NCBI RefSeq assembly: GCF_006345805.1
Contig: NC_043000.1
Location: forward strand, 140,368,001 to 140,432,000
DNA from: Octopus sinensis
Taxonomy: Eukaryota
DNA: 64,000 bases
Direction of reading: 5' to 3'
Under the pieces are notes generated by a model that had not been told where the DNA came from, did no database searches, and saw only the letters and a program-made list of their open reading frames with translations. Within the stretch, counting starts at the first letter, position 1; each line of letters starts with the position of its first letter. Both the position numbers and the translations under genes were made by a program. Of this stretch, positions 12,466 through 24,955 are shown one piece after another.

Positions 12466-15116
12466 ATAAAGAAGTACATTCTAATGATAAACAATATACA
12501 AACAAGGATTTACAATAGGAAACAATAAAAATTTCTACAAGTAATATTAAATGTAAGATGTTGAGAAATTGACAAAATCAGATGATGAGAGAATATTTAA
12601 AGTTATAGATGGTAAAGGAGGCTATATATAGATGTAAAATGTATACATAATTGTTTGTAAATATAATTATATGGTAGAAGGTATACGTAATACATTAATG
12701 ATCTGGTTTTATATTGTCCTATATGTAAATCACAGTACATGTAGTTTATATATTTGTTAACTTGCATGATAAAAAGAAACATCCTATAAAAGTGTTTTTT
12801 TTCATTTCCACTTTAATTGTACACCGATTTAGATGAAAAGTACATGAGACATGGGATACATAGTCCTGCATTTCCTGTGAAAATGTCAAGAAAATCAGAC
12901 AAGGGGTTTTGATTTTATTGAAGAATGACTGACCTGCATAATAAAAAGAAGCATAGTGTACTCATGAAACAAAGAATTATTATATTGATAAAAGCAGTTT
13001 CTTTGATTATAAGAAACAAAGTTACTTCCTCTTTGAAATAAATAAAAAAAATATTGTATAGAACAAGTTTTTTCACAGAGAGCAGGTGATAGAATGCTGG
13101 AAGCATCTTTCAAAATAACACTTTATCAAATTACTTGGATTTCCGGTGGACTTTCTTGAATTTAACAAAGTCATTGCTAACACACTTAATATGACAATCA
13201 AGGACATTGTAATCAATCAAGACTTTATCAGCATTCAGGAGAGGTGAACACTAAATCTGCTTAAGCTTGACAGTGGGATCTTTCCAATTCTCAAAAATCT
13301 TAAGGGGATTGACTACCCTAAAATCTCAATTAAATTATAAATGGACATAGAAAAGTAGTGAAGGAGATTCTGCAATGCAGATAGAGTCTTCATTGATTAA
13401 ATTTTTCCTACCCATCCCATTAAATACATTAACACTTTACACACTGCATTCTAAGAAGATATCATAGGGTAATATTCCTTGGTCATTTCAGAGCTTATAT
13501 TGTCTCTAAAATACTTGAGTATTTACATTCTTTCATGTATTATAAACTTAACGTAGATGTTGCAGTATAGTTTAAAATTCCTCTGGGATATAGTTTTGTC
13601 ATGGTTTTTCTTAAGCTCTGATTAACCCTTTTTTTACCATATTTATTTTGAGATGCTCTGTGTTTCTTTCCATTATTTTAAATATAACAAAGAATTTAGT
13701 AAAATAACTTAGTTATCATTAAGCTAGTGTTAGGAACATAAATTGTACCTAAAGTTTGGTGAAAGATTTTAATTCAAAACTTATGAGAACAAAACATTTG
13801 TACTACAGAACCAGAGCCAGTTTCAGCTGGGTTGGTAACGAAAGGGTTAAGCACACATTCTATAGGTGCTGAAATTTAAACTAGCGCTCAAATTTTTCCC
13901 AGTCCAGAATCACAACCAAACATATCTTCATAAAAAGCTAAGTGTTGTCATATAAAGCATTAACACCTCTGTGAATATGGTTTCATCAATCAGTACAGGT
14001 TGTTGATTAATGTGGTAAAACTTCAAAGCAAATGTGCACATTTTCATGCCAAACAGAAAGGATGGCTTACAGTTATAAAAAAAACCCAGCAAATTCAATC
14101 TAAAGCCAGAGCCACTCAGCCATCTTGAGGAATTTATATCACTTGGCTTAGTGAGTTGTTCTCGCCTTTTTTCTTTTTCATTTTTCTTATGTAACATGCT
14201 TATGTTGTATTCAACAAAAATCATAAACTTTAAGTTGTAATGTTGAGTAATCACATACTGTGAATTAAATTCTCCTATGTCTTTCATCTTCAAAGACTAT
14301 GTACTACCTCCATAATATTATCTAGCAAGTTGTATTACACAATATTCTTAATTGTTATGTTCTTTGAACATTGTTACATTAATTTATTGGATGTACATCA
14401 TCATCATCATCATTTAGCATCCGTTTTCCATGATGGTATGGGTTACATGGTTTGACTGGAACTGGTAAATCAGAGACCTACACTGGTTCTAGTTTGTATT
14501 GGCTTGATTTCTACAGTTAGATGCCCTTCCTAATGCCAACCACTCCATTGTGTATAAGGTATATTTTACATGTCAACAGCATGGGTTTTCTTTTTTATGT
14601 GTCACCAGTGTGAGTGCATTTTACATATCACTGACACAAGTGCTTTTTATGAGTCACCGACATTGATCACGGCTATGATTTCACTTAGCTTGATGTGTCT
14701 TCTCAAACGCAGCAAATTGACAAGAGTCTTGGTCACTTGTCATTGCCTCTATAAGACTCAGCATCTGAAGAACATATTTCACCACCTAATTTCATGTCTT
14801 CCTAGGTCTGCTGCTTCCGCAGGCTTCTTCCACTGTTAGAGAACAGCAATTCTTTATGGGACATGAAAATTGACAAAATGTGAACTTCCAAGGCTTCAGG
14901 TTTTATTTTGGGGATTTCCGTCTCCTAGGTAGATTACCGACCAAGGTTAAAGAGCTTCCATCTACCCATGAGGTAAGCTATCCCATGCCAGACACCAAAC
15001 CGTCGCCCAATCATTTTATACAGTGATTGAATATTATTCCAGAGTAGCTCATTCAGGCACTAGACGAAAAAAATCTAAGATATGGGATTTAAAAATATAT
15101 ATAAGATTTAGATATA

Positions 15117-15162
<46 letters not shown>

Positions 15163-15337
15163 ATAAATATTAGGGAATAAATCCAAATTTACAGGGAAAA
15201 AATCAGATTTAGGATTAAATCCAATTTTATAGTAAAATATTATAAAATATTATTAGAGACAAAACCACTATTTTGCAAAACAAACAAGGAAAGACTTAAT
15301 CAATACATAAAATTTTAATAAATAGTCAAAAAAACCG

Positions 15338-15380
15338 CCACTACAATCGTTTCTTGTCTTGATCGACAATCTTCAGGTGG
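15338..15380 (-). ncRNA. Minimal type I hammerhead ribozyme in the PLE 3' pseudo-LTR (sense to the ORF)
   Basis: Minus strand reads CCAC-CUGAAGA-UUGUC[GAUCAA]GACAA-GAAA-C-GAUU-GUA-GUGG: 4-bp stem I, intact core, 5-bp stem II, GUA cleavage triplet. Confidence 0.85.
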
Positions 15381-16609
15381 ACTTCCAATCTAAAAAATCA
15401 AAATTTTAAAATATAAAAATAATAATAATTTTAAAATAATTAAAGTATGAATGAAAAAATATAATTATATAATCCATATATAACCTATATATAATCCATA
15501 TATAATCAATATATAAACAATATATAAACTAAAAAAACCTATCAACAATTAAATATAAAATATAAAATATAAAATATAAAATATAAAATATAAAATATAA
15601 AATATAAAACAAAACAAAAAAAATAATAATAATAATATAATAATAAACTATATATACACCCATACACATATACCTAATTATATATAACCATATCTAACTA
15701 CATACACTAAATCACACACCTATATATATATCCCTATACATACACATAAAAACGTCTAGGCAACTATAAATAAATAAAATAGCTAAATACTTAAACACAA
15801 TACTTATTCATACTCCCACACACACACACATACAACCCACATTCACGTTCTAGAAAACGGACATCACTCAAAACTATGAACGGAGAAATGGAATAAATGG
15901 AATTAAAAATTATATTCACTTGGTAAAACGAACACTACTTAAAAATTATGAATGAAACAATGCAATAAAACAACAGACATCGCAAATAGACACAAATTAC
16001 TACGAATTCCTTAACAAACCTACTATGATAAACCAAATCTCATAAAAAACATATAATGATAAAATCTCCCTTTACTAAACTCTATAACAAACCTATATAG
16101 CAATCCCCCTAACCTAAACATTCACACACAAATACACACACGTAAACCACACACCTACGACATATACAATTACCCACACCACTTACACATACCAATACAT
16201 ACATATAAACCTCAACATATACTCCAAAAACCCACTCAACCCCACACAGACAAATAAACACAAAAATTATGAATGGATTCTTTTATAAAACTACCATGAT
16301 AAGCTAAAACTCACAAAACAGAAATGATAAAACCTCCCTTTACTAAACACTATAACATACTATATAGCAATTCCTTTAACCTATACATTCACATACAAAA
16401 ACACACGTAAACCACACACCTATAACAAATACAAACACCCACCCCACTCACACACACCCACAAGTACATATAAGCCTCAACATATACACCAAACAAAATT
16501 ACTTTACCAAGGAACTTAACATATGTATAAAAAGTATAACCGCTCTGGTAACGAACATCTCTAAATTAATGAATGGAGAAATGGAATAAATGGAATTAAA
16601 AATAATAAT

Positions 16610-18639
16610 CACGTGGCAAAACGAACACCACTCAAAAATTATGAATGAAACAATGTAATAAAACAACCAACATCGAAAATAGACAAATAACTACGAATTC
16701 CCTAAAAAAAACCATGATAAACCAAAACTCTTAAAAACATATAACGATAAAATCTCCCTTTGCTAAACTCTATAACAAACCTATATAGTAATCCCCCTAA
16801 CCTAATCATTCACACACAAATACACACACGTAAACCACAGACCCACGACTTATACACATACCTATACTAACTTATAAACCTCCATATACACCAAAACCCA
16901 CTCCCTCCCACACAGACAAATTAACACATACATCCCAAAACCTAAATAACAAACCCATATACACATTCACACACAAACACACACACACGCAAAACACACA
17001 CACACAACAGATACATATACTCCCTCACATATACGCATATACATACTCACTAAACTCGATATATACAACAATATTTACACACCCACACTCATACAGATAA
17101 ATAAATTATACAACTAAAAACTCGCACACAATCTCATATACATAAACACTCCTATGAAAACAACATTAAATACATCGTAATTAACCAGAATATCAAAAAT
17201 AACAATATTACATAAGGATAAAATACATACTTACAATACAGTGTCAAATTATGAAGTGAAATTAAATTTTTAGCCGTTAAAAAAATCAAACCAAAATTAC
17301 GTTACCATAGAAATAACTTATGTAAAAAAAGAATACGCGCCATAGAAAGTAAACGTCATTTAAATTATGAATGGAGAAATAGAATAAATGGAACTAAAAA
17401 CTATATCCACGTGGCAAACCAATACTACTTAAAAAAATTTATTATGAATGGATTCTTTAAAAAACTACCATGAAAAATCATTATATACATCTATGAGCTT
17501 TAGCTCACCTTAGCAGCTCTAACAAACAACTTGCAGTAACCCAAACCCATTCTCTATGCCTACCTCACTACTACACTATTCCATTCACAATTCCAAGCAA
17601 CGCTAGTCCACCACCCGGTTATTCACGTGGCAAAACGAACACCACTCAAAAAATATGAATGAAACAATGTAATAAAACAACCAACATCGAAAATAGACAA
17701 ATTACCACGAATTCCCTAAAAAACCATGATAAACCAAAACTCATAAAAACATATAACGATAAAATCTCCCTTTGCTAAACTCTATAACAAACCTATATAG
17801 TAATCCCCCTAACCTAAACATTCACACACAAATACACACACGTAAATCACAGACCCACGACTTATACACATACCTATCCTAACTTATAAACCTCAATATA
17901 CACCAAAACCCACTCCCTCCCCACACAGACAAATTAACACATACATCCCAAAACCTAAATAACAAACCCATATACACATTCACACACAAACACACACACA
18001 CGCAAAACACACACACACAACAGATACATATACTCCCTCACATATACGCATATACATACTCACTAAACTCAATATATACAACAATATTTACACACCCACA
18101 CTCATACAGATAAATAAATTATACAACTAAAACCTCACACACACTCATATACATAAACACTCCTATGAAAACAACATTAAATACATCGTAATTAACCAGA
18201 ATATCAAAAATAACAATATGACATAAGGATAAATAAAATACATACTACAAGTCAGTTTCAAATAATGAAGTGAAATTAAATTCTTAGCCGTTAAAAAAAC
18301 CAAACCAAAATTACGTTACCATAGAAATAACATATGTAAAAAAAGAATACGCGCCATAGAAAGTAAACGTCATTAAATTATGAATGGAGAAATAGAATAA
18401 ATGGAACTAAAAACTATATCCACGTAGCAAACCAACACTACTTAAAAAAAAAAAAAAATTATTATGAATGGATACTTTAAAAAACTACCATGAAAAATCA
18501 TTATATACATTTATGAGCTTTATCTCACCTTAGCAGCTCTAACAAACAACTAACAGCAACCAAACCTATTCTCGATGCCTACCTCACTAAACACTAATCA
18601 ATTCACAATTCCAAGCAACGCTAGTCCACCACCCGGTTA
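16610..18639. repeat. Two ~1015-bp tandem units inside the left PLE arm
   Basis: Anchor cacgtggcaaaacgaacaccactc at 16610 and 17624. The second unit ends at ...ccacccggtta at 18639. Confidence 0.9.
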
Positions 18640-19786
18640 CAATTCCCAACTCCACCCTTTCATTCACAATTTCAACGACGTTCACCTCCACAACACTACA
18701 TATAAACCTCAACATATACACCGGAGATAAACTTACACATCCGTGCGGATGGGTGAGAGTATACATTGAGTGTAGTGATGGGGCTCCCATAACTATACAC
18801 ATTTGTACCTGTGTGGTAGTCTCCATGTGTATATTCACGCACGGGTATAAATGCAGGGGGTACACGCGCACGTCATTTGCGTGTACCCCTCACATGTACA
18901 TATGCATGCTATTTGGGCTCAATATATGCAACAATGTAATCGCGCCCGCATACATGCATATGGGCGAATTGCACAATAAAAAAACGCACACGTGTGTGTG
19001 TGCGTTCCCTGGTTGTGCAATTCACCCATCTGGGTGTGAGTGGGTGTAATCGTATCGCTGTAGATGTCGAGCTTGATACGTATGTATATGAGTGTGTATT
19101 AGGGGGTTGTACGTATTAATTGTGTGCATGTGCTTCACGCACTTGCGTCCATATATGGATGAATATATTGGGATTACTATGTGGGTGTAAATTGGGTATG
19201 GAGGGGGGAGTTTTGTCATTGTATGGGTGTGGGTTTCATTTGTGATGGTGGTTAGTTGGTGATTTTTAGTATGTTCTGTATATTTGGGTTAGTTATGTAT
19301 TATTCTAGTGTGTATAATTGTATACATATAATTGGTGTGAATGGGATTACGCCCATTTTTGGGGATGTATGTGTTATTTATCCATGTGGGGCGGGAGTGG
19401 CCGTTAGGTGTATATGCCGAGGCTCACATGCAATTCCAGGTACATCGAATGAAGTGGGCACTTATATTTGTTATGGGTGTGTGTACTTTATTATAACAGA
19501 CAATACCCAATAAAATCTGTCAATTCAACATACCAAATAAAAAACAAAAAACAAATGGATCTTCAACATTCACACATACATATAAAACTCAATAAAAACA
19601 TCACTAAATAACACCCATAAACATATAAATATATCCTCCAAAATATATACATTAAAATGAACTAATTAAAACAAAGAAATATCAATAAAGACTAACTATA
19701 ATTAAAGCCTAGACAACATAACCAAAAATATATTATCTATACTAATTTAAACTAAACTAAAGTAACCTGAAAGGGAACTATTATTG

Positions 19787-20493
19787 CTATTTATCATGAA
19801 ACTTATTATATAGGTAAAGTAACTTATGTCTGCATTTTATTTTGCGCTCTTCACCAGTATTAAGTAAATTATCATACTTATAAAATAAAATTTCTTTAAA
19901 CTCATTAGAGCATAAATAACAACAATTTGCTCCTATAGTATATGATTTAGTTTTACAAATTATTTCCCAAATTAAACTATAATTAATATTTAGTGATTTA
20001 AGACTCCAAATGTACTTACTAAGTCCGGTTGAGTTGATTAAGTTTTTATTTTTAAAAGAATTCATATGTTGTGCGATTCTTAGTTTTATTTTTGAGGAAG
20101 TGGAACCTATATAAACCGCTTTTGTGTAATTATTATTCTTAAAGTTATTATCATGTAATGTAACTATACATTTATACACTACATCGTTAATATCACAATT
20201 ATTATTTAATATACAATTAGATTTATCTCTACATGTACAATTAATATAAGTCTTATCATTATTAATATTATTATCAAATAATTTCTTTTTATAAAAATTA
20301 TTCAGTTTATATTTATTAAATGAAGAAATAATGTTACCAACATTATTAGTGGTAGAGTAACCAACTCCAAAATTATTAAAAGAGAAAATGTTCTATATTT
20401 ACGATTATCTCTAATAAATAGTTCTATAACATCTAAAATCTCTTTAATAATATTCGTTTTTACTTGATCTCCATAAGGAACTATTAACCAAAT
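19787..20493 (-). pseudogene. PLE thumb end, Cys-rich linker and GIY-YIG endonuclease
   Basis: IWLIVPY (20493-20473, variant of IW(F/Y)NPP(F/Y)); frameshift at ~20386; CTCRDKSNC = CxCx5C (20239-20213); VVY...YIGST (YIG 20113-20105); KLRIAQH; LSKYIWSLK; CCYLCSNE; LN..EE; CRH; stop at 19787. Confidence 0.92.
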
Positions 20494-21368
20494 TTTATTC
20501 TTATTAACCTTATTATTATTATCATTATTATAAATATATTTATAATTCTTTATTTTATTAAAATTATTATCAGAATTATATCTATGTACAGCATTTAAGG
20601 AATTATTATATTATTAAATTTATCAAATAATTATTATAATAATTATTAAATTTATTTTTATTTATATTATTCTTATTTATATTATTATTATTAGATTTAT
20701 TATTATTATTATTCTTATTTATATTTTTATCATTTTTATTATTTTTTTTATAATATCTATTATTTTTACCACTAAACCTAACAAAATTATAATTATTATT
20801 AGAAGTATCTCGAAAATTAACAATTAAATCTTTATCACTAATATTATAAAATTTAATATTCCTATTATAACCTGCCCCTCTAAGGGCCTCATTATAATAA
20901 TTAGAATGTTTATTAAAAATCTCTATATCATAAGAGAGTAATGAAATACGTTTACTTATATTATTAATCAACGATTTTTTAATAGAAAATGGGTGATTAC
21001 TATTAACATTTATATATCTAAGGTTCTCATTAAGTTTATGATATGGTTGTGTTTTACCTGTAATAAGATTAAAATTAACATCTAAATAATTAACATTATA
21101 ATTCTCCTTATATATAGTAATACTTAAACCGTATCTTTTAAAGAAACTATATAGTTTTTTCTTATATACTTCTAGATTCCTATTAGTACAATTCTTTGTA
21201 ACTAGTAGAAGATCGTCTCTATATAAACCACCCTCTATCTTAAGATTTTCTAATTGGAGTTCAGATAAAAGAAAAATACCTACTAAATCAGTAGCCTGTG
21301 CAGAATCTGGTGCTCCCATAGGTATATCAAAACAATCTCTAGTATCATTCCTAGCCCATAATTTATTG
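20494..21368 (-). pseudogene. PLE reverse transcriptase, 5'-truncated (palm motifs to thumb)
   Basis: Translation NKLWARNDTRDCFDIPMGAPDSAQATDLVGIFLL...GGLYRDDLLLV (YRDD at 21223-21212)...VNYLDVNFNL...PYHK...RYINVNSNHP...RISLLS. These are typical PLE RT motifs. The frame breaks near 20610-20625 in an Asn-rich stretch. Confidence 0.93.
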
Positions 21369-23609
21369 TGTGTGAATGTTTAGGTTAGGGGGATTACTAT
21401 ATAGGTTTGTTATAGAGTTTAGCAAAGGGAGATTTTATCGTTATATGTTTTTATGAGTTTTGGTTTATCATGGTTTTTTAGGGAATTCGTGGTAATTTGT
21501 CTATTTTCGATGTTGGTTGTTTTATTACATTGTTTCATTCATATTTTTTGAGTGGTGTTCGTTTTGCCACGTGAATAACCGGGTGGTGGACTAGCGTTGC
21601 TTGGAATTGTGAATGGAATAGTGTAGTAGTGAGGTAGGCATAGATAATGGGTTTGGGTTACTGCAAGTTGTTTGTTAGAGCTGCTAAGGTGAGCTAAAGC
21701 TCATAGATGTATATAATGATTTTTCATGGTAGTTTTTTAAAGAATCCATTCATAATAAATTTTTTTAAGTAGTATTGGTTTGCCACGTGGATATAGTTTT
21801 TAGTTCCATTTATTCTATTTCTCCATTCATAATTTAAATGACGTTTACTTTCTATGGCGCGTATTCTTTTTTTACATAAGTTATTTCTATGGTAACGTAA
21901 TTTTGGTTTGATTTTTTTAACGGCTAAGAATTTAATTTCACTTCATAATTTGACACTGAATTGTAAGTATGTATTTTATTTATCCTTATGTCATATTGTT
22001 ATTTTTGATATTCTGGTTAATTACGATGTATTTAATGTTGTTTTCATAGGAGTGTTTATGTATATGAGATGTGTGTGCGAGTTTTTAGTTGTATAATTTA
22101 TTTATCTGTATGAGTGTGGGTGTGTAAATATTGTTGTATATATCGAGTTTAGTGAATATGTATATGCGTATATGTGAGGGAGTATATGTATCTGTTGTGT
22201 GTGTGTGTTTTGCGTGTGTGTGTGTTTGTGTGTGAATGTGTATATGGGTTTGTTTTTTAGGTTTTGGGATGTATGTGTTAATTTGTCTGTGTGGGGAGGG
22301 AGTGGGTTTTGGTGTATATTGAGGTTTATAAGTTAGGATAGGTATGTGTATAAGTCGTGGGTCTGTGGTTTACGTGTGTGTATTTGTGTGTGAATGTTTT
22401 GGTTAGGGGGATTACTATATAGGTTTGTTATAGAGTTTAGCAAAGGGAGATTTTATCGTTATATGTTTTTATGAGTTTTGGTTTATCATGGTTTTTTTTA
22501 GGGAATTCGTGGTAATTTGTCTATTTTCGATGTTGGTTGTTTTATTACATTGTTTCATTCATATTTTTTGAGTGGTGTTCGTTTTGCCACGTGAATAACC
22601 GGGTGGTGGACTAGCGTTGCTTGGAATTGTGAATGGAATAGTGTAGTAGTGAGGTAGGCATAGAGAATGGGTTTGGGTTACTGCAAGTTGTTTGTTAGAG
22701 CTGCTAAGGTGAGCTAAAGCTCATAGATGTATATAATGATTTTTCATGGTAGTTTTTTAAAGAATCCATTCATAATAATTTTTTTTAAGTAGTGTTGGTT
22801 TGCCACGTGGATATAGTTTTTAGTTCCATTTATTCTATTTCTCCATTCATAATTTAAATGATGTTTACTTTCCATGGCGCGTTTTCTTTTTTTACATAAG
22901 TTATTTCTATGGTAACGTAATTTTTGGTTTGTTTTTTTTAACGGCTAAGAATTTAATTTCACTTCATAATTTGACACTGAATTGTAAGTATGTATTTTAT
23001 CCTTATGTAATATTGTTATTTTTGATATTCTGGTTAATTACGATGTATTTAATGTTGTTTCCATAGGAGTGTTTATGTATATGAGATCGTGTGCGAGTTT
23101 TTAGTTGTATAATTTATTTATCTGTATGAGTGTGGGTGTGTAAATATTGTTGTATATATCGAGTTTAGTGAGTATGTATATGCGTATATGTGAGGGAGTA
23201 TATGTATCTGTTGTGTGTGTGTGTTTTGCGTGTGTGTGTGTGTGTTTGTGTGTGAATGTGTATATGGGTTTGTTATTAGGTTTTGGGATGTATGTGTTAA
23301 TTGTCTGTGAGGGAGGGAGTGGGTTTTGGTGTATATGGAGGTTTATAAGTTAGTATAGGTACCTGTATAAGTCGTGGGTCTGTGGTTTACGTGTGTGTAT
23401 TTGTGTGTGAATGATTAGGTTAGGGGGATTACTATATAGGTTTGTTATAGAGTTTAGCAAAGGGAGATTTTATCGTTATATGTTTTAAGAGTTTTGGTTT
23501 ATCATGGTTTTTTTTAGGGAATTCGTAGTTATTTGTCTATTTTCGATGTTGGTTGTTTTATTACATTGTTTCATTCATAATTTTTGAGTGGTGTTCGTTT
23601 TGCCACGTG
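21366..23609. repeat. About 2.2 inverted ~1018-bp tandem units inside the right PLE arm
   Basis: Anchor gagtggtgttcgttttgccacgtg ends at 21573, 22593 and 23609. Confidence 0.9.
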
Positions 23610-24825
23610 ATTATTATTTTTAATTCCATTTATTCCATTTCTCCATTCATTAATTTAGAGATGTTCGTTACCAGAGCGGTTATACTTTTTATACATATGT
23701 TAAGTTCCTTGGTAAAGTAATTTTGTTTGGTGTATATGTTGAGGCTTATATGTACTTGTGGGTGTGTGTGAGTGGGGTGGGTGTTTGTATTTGTTATAGG
23801 TGTGTGGTTTACGTGTGTTTTTGTATGTGAATGTATAGGTTAAAGGAATTGCTATATAAGTATGTTATAGTGTTTAGTAAAGGGAGGTTTTATCATTTCT
23901 GTTTTGTGAGTTTTAGCTTATCATGGTAGTTTTATAAAAGAATCCATTCATAATTTTTGTGTTTATTTGTCTGTGTGGGGTTGAGTGGGTTTTTGGAGTA
24001 TATGTTGAGGTTTATATGTATGTATTGGTATGTGTAAGTGGTGTGGGTATTTGTATATGTCGTAGGTGTGTGGTTTACGTGTGTGTATTTGTGTGTGAAT
24101 GTTTAGGTTAGGGGGATTGCTATATAGGTTTGTTATAGAGTTTAGTAAAGGGAGATTTTATCATTATATGTTTTTTATGAGATTTGGTTTATCATAGTAG
24201 GTTTGTTAAAGTATTCGTAGTAATTTGTGTCTATTTGCGATGTCTGTTGTTTTATTGCATTGTTTCATTCATAATTTTTAAGTAGTGTTCGTTTTACCAA
24301 GTGAATATAATTTTTAATTCCATTTATTCCATTTCTCCGTTCATAGTTTTGAGTGATGTCCGTTTTCTAGAACGTGATTGTGGGTTGTATGTGTGTGTGT
24401 GTGGGAGTATGAATAAGTATTGTGTTTAAGTATTTAGCTATTTTATTTATTTATAGTTGCCTAGACGTTTTTATGTGTATGTATAGGGATATATATATAG
24501 GTGTGTGATTTAGTGTATGTAGTTAGATATGGTTATATATAATTAGGTATATGTGTATGGGTGTATATATAGTTTATTATTATATTATTATTATTATTTT
24601 TTTTGTTTTGTTTTATATTTTATATTTTATATTTTATATTTTATATTTTATATTTAATTGTTGATAGGTTTTTTTAGTTTATATATTGTTTATATATTGA
24701 TTATATATGGATTATATATAGGTTATATATGGATTATATAATTATATTTTTTCATTCATACTTTAATTATTTTAAAATTATTATTATTTTTATATTTTAA
24801 AATTTTGATTTTTTAGATTGGAAGT

Positions 24826-24868
24826 CCACCTGAAGATTGTCGATCAAGACAAGAAACGATTGTAGTGG
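24826..24868 (+). ncRNA. Minimal type I hammerhead ribozyme in the inverted 5' pseudo-LTR
   Basis: Identical to the 15338-15380 copy: ccac ctgaaga ttgtc gatcaa gacaa gaaa c gatt gta gtgg. Confidence 0.85.
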
Positions 24869-24955
24869 CGGTTTTTTTGACTATTTATTAAAATTTTATG
24901 TATTGATTAAGTCTTTCCTTGTTTGTTTTGCAAAATAGTGGTTTTGTCTCTAATA

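Larger units (their letters stand above)
10997..12958 (+). mobile_element. Tc1/mariner DNA transposon, DD37E (TRT-like), decayed, with ~200-bp IR/DR TIRs and a nested SINE
   Basis: TA at 10995-96 and 12959-60. Left TIR (10997-~11602, split by a SINE) matches the reverse complement of ~12755-12958. The inner repeat ttttattatgcaag echoes the outer ttttattatgcagg. Confidence 0.88.

Noticed and set aside
15870-18639. CRISPR-like or telomeric array in the repeated region
   Set aside because: Units are ~1 kb with no constant repeat/unique spacer pattern. TTAGGG occurs only singly within taggttagggggatt.
19787-21368. Naiad-type selenoprotein PLE, or a group II intron / homing endonuclease of organellar origin
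   Set aside because: The endonuclease is C-terminal, there are no in-frame TGA codons at Cys positions, and the RT motifs (PMGAPDS, YRDD) are PLE-type.
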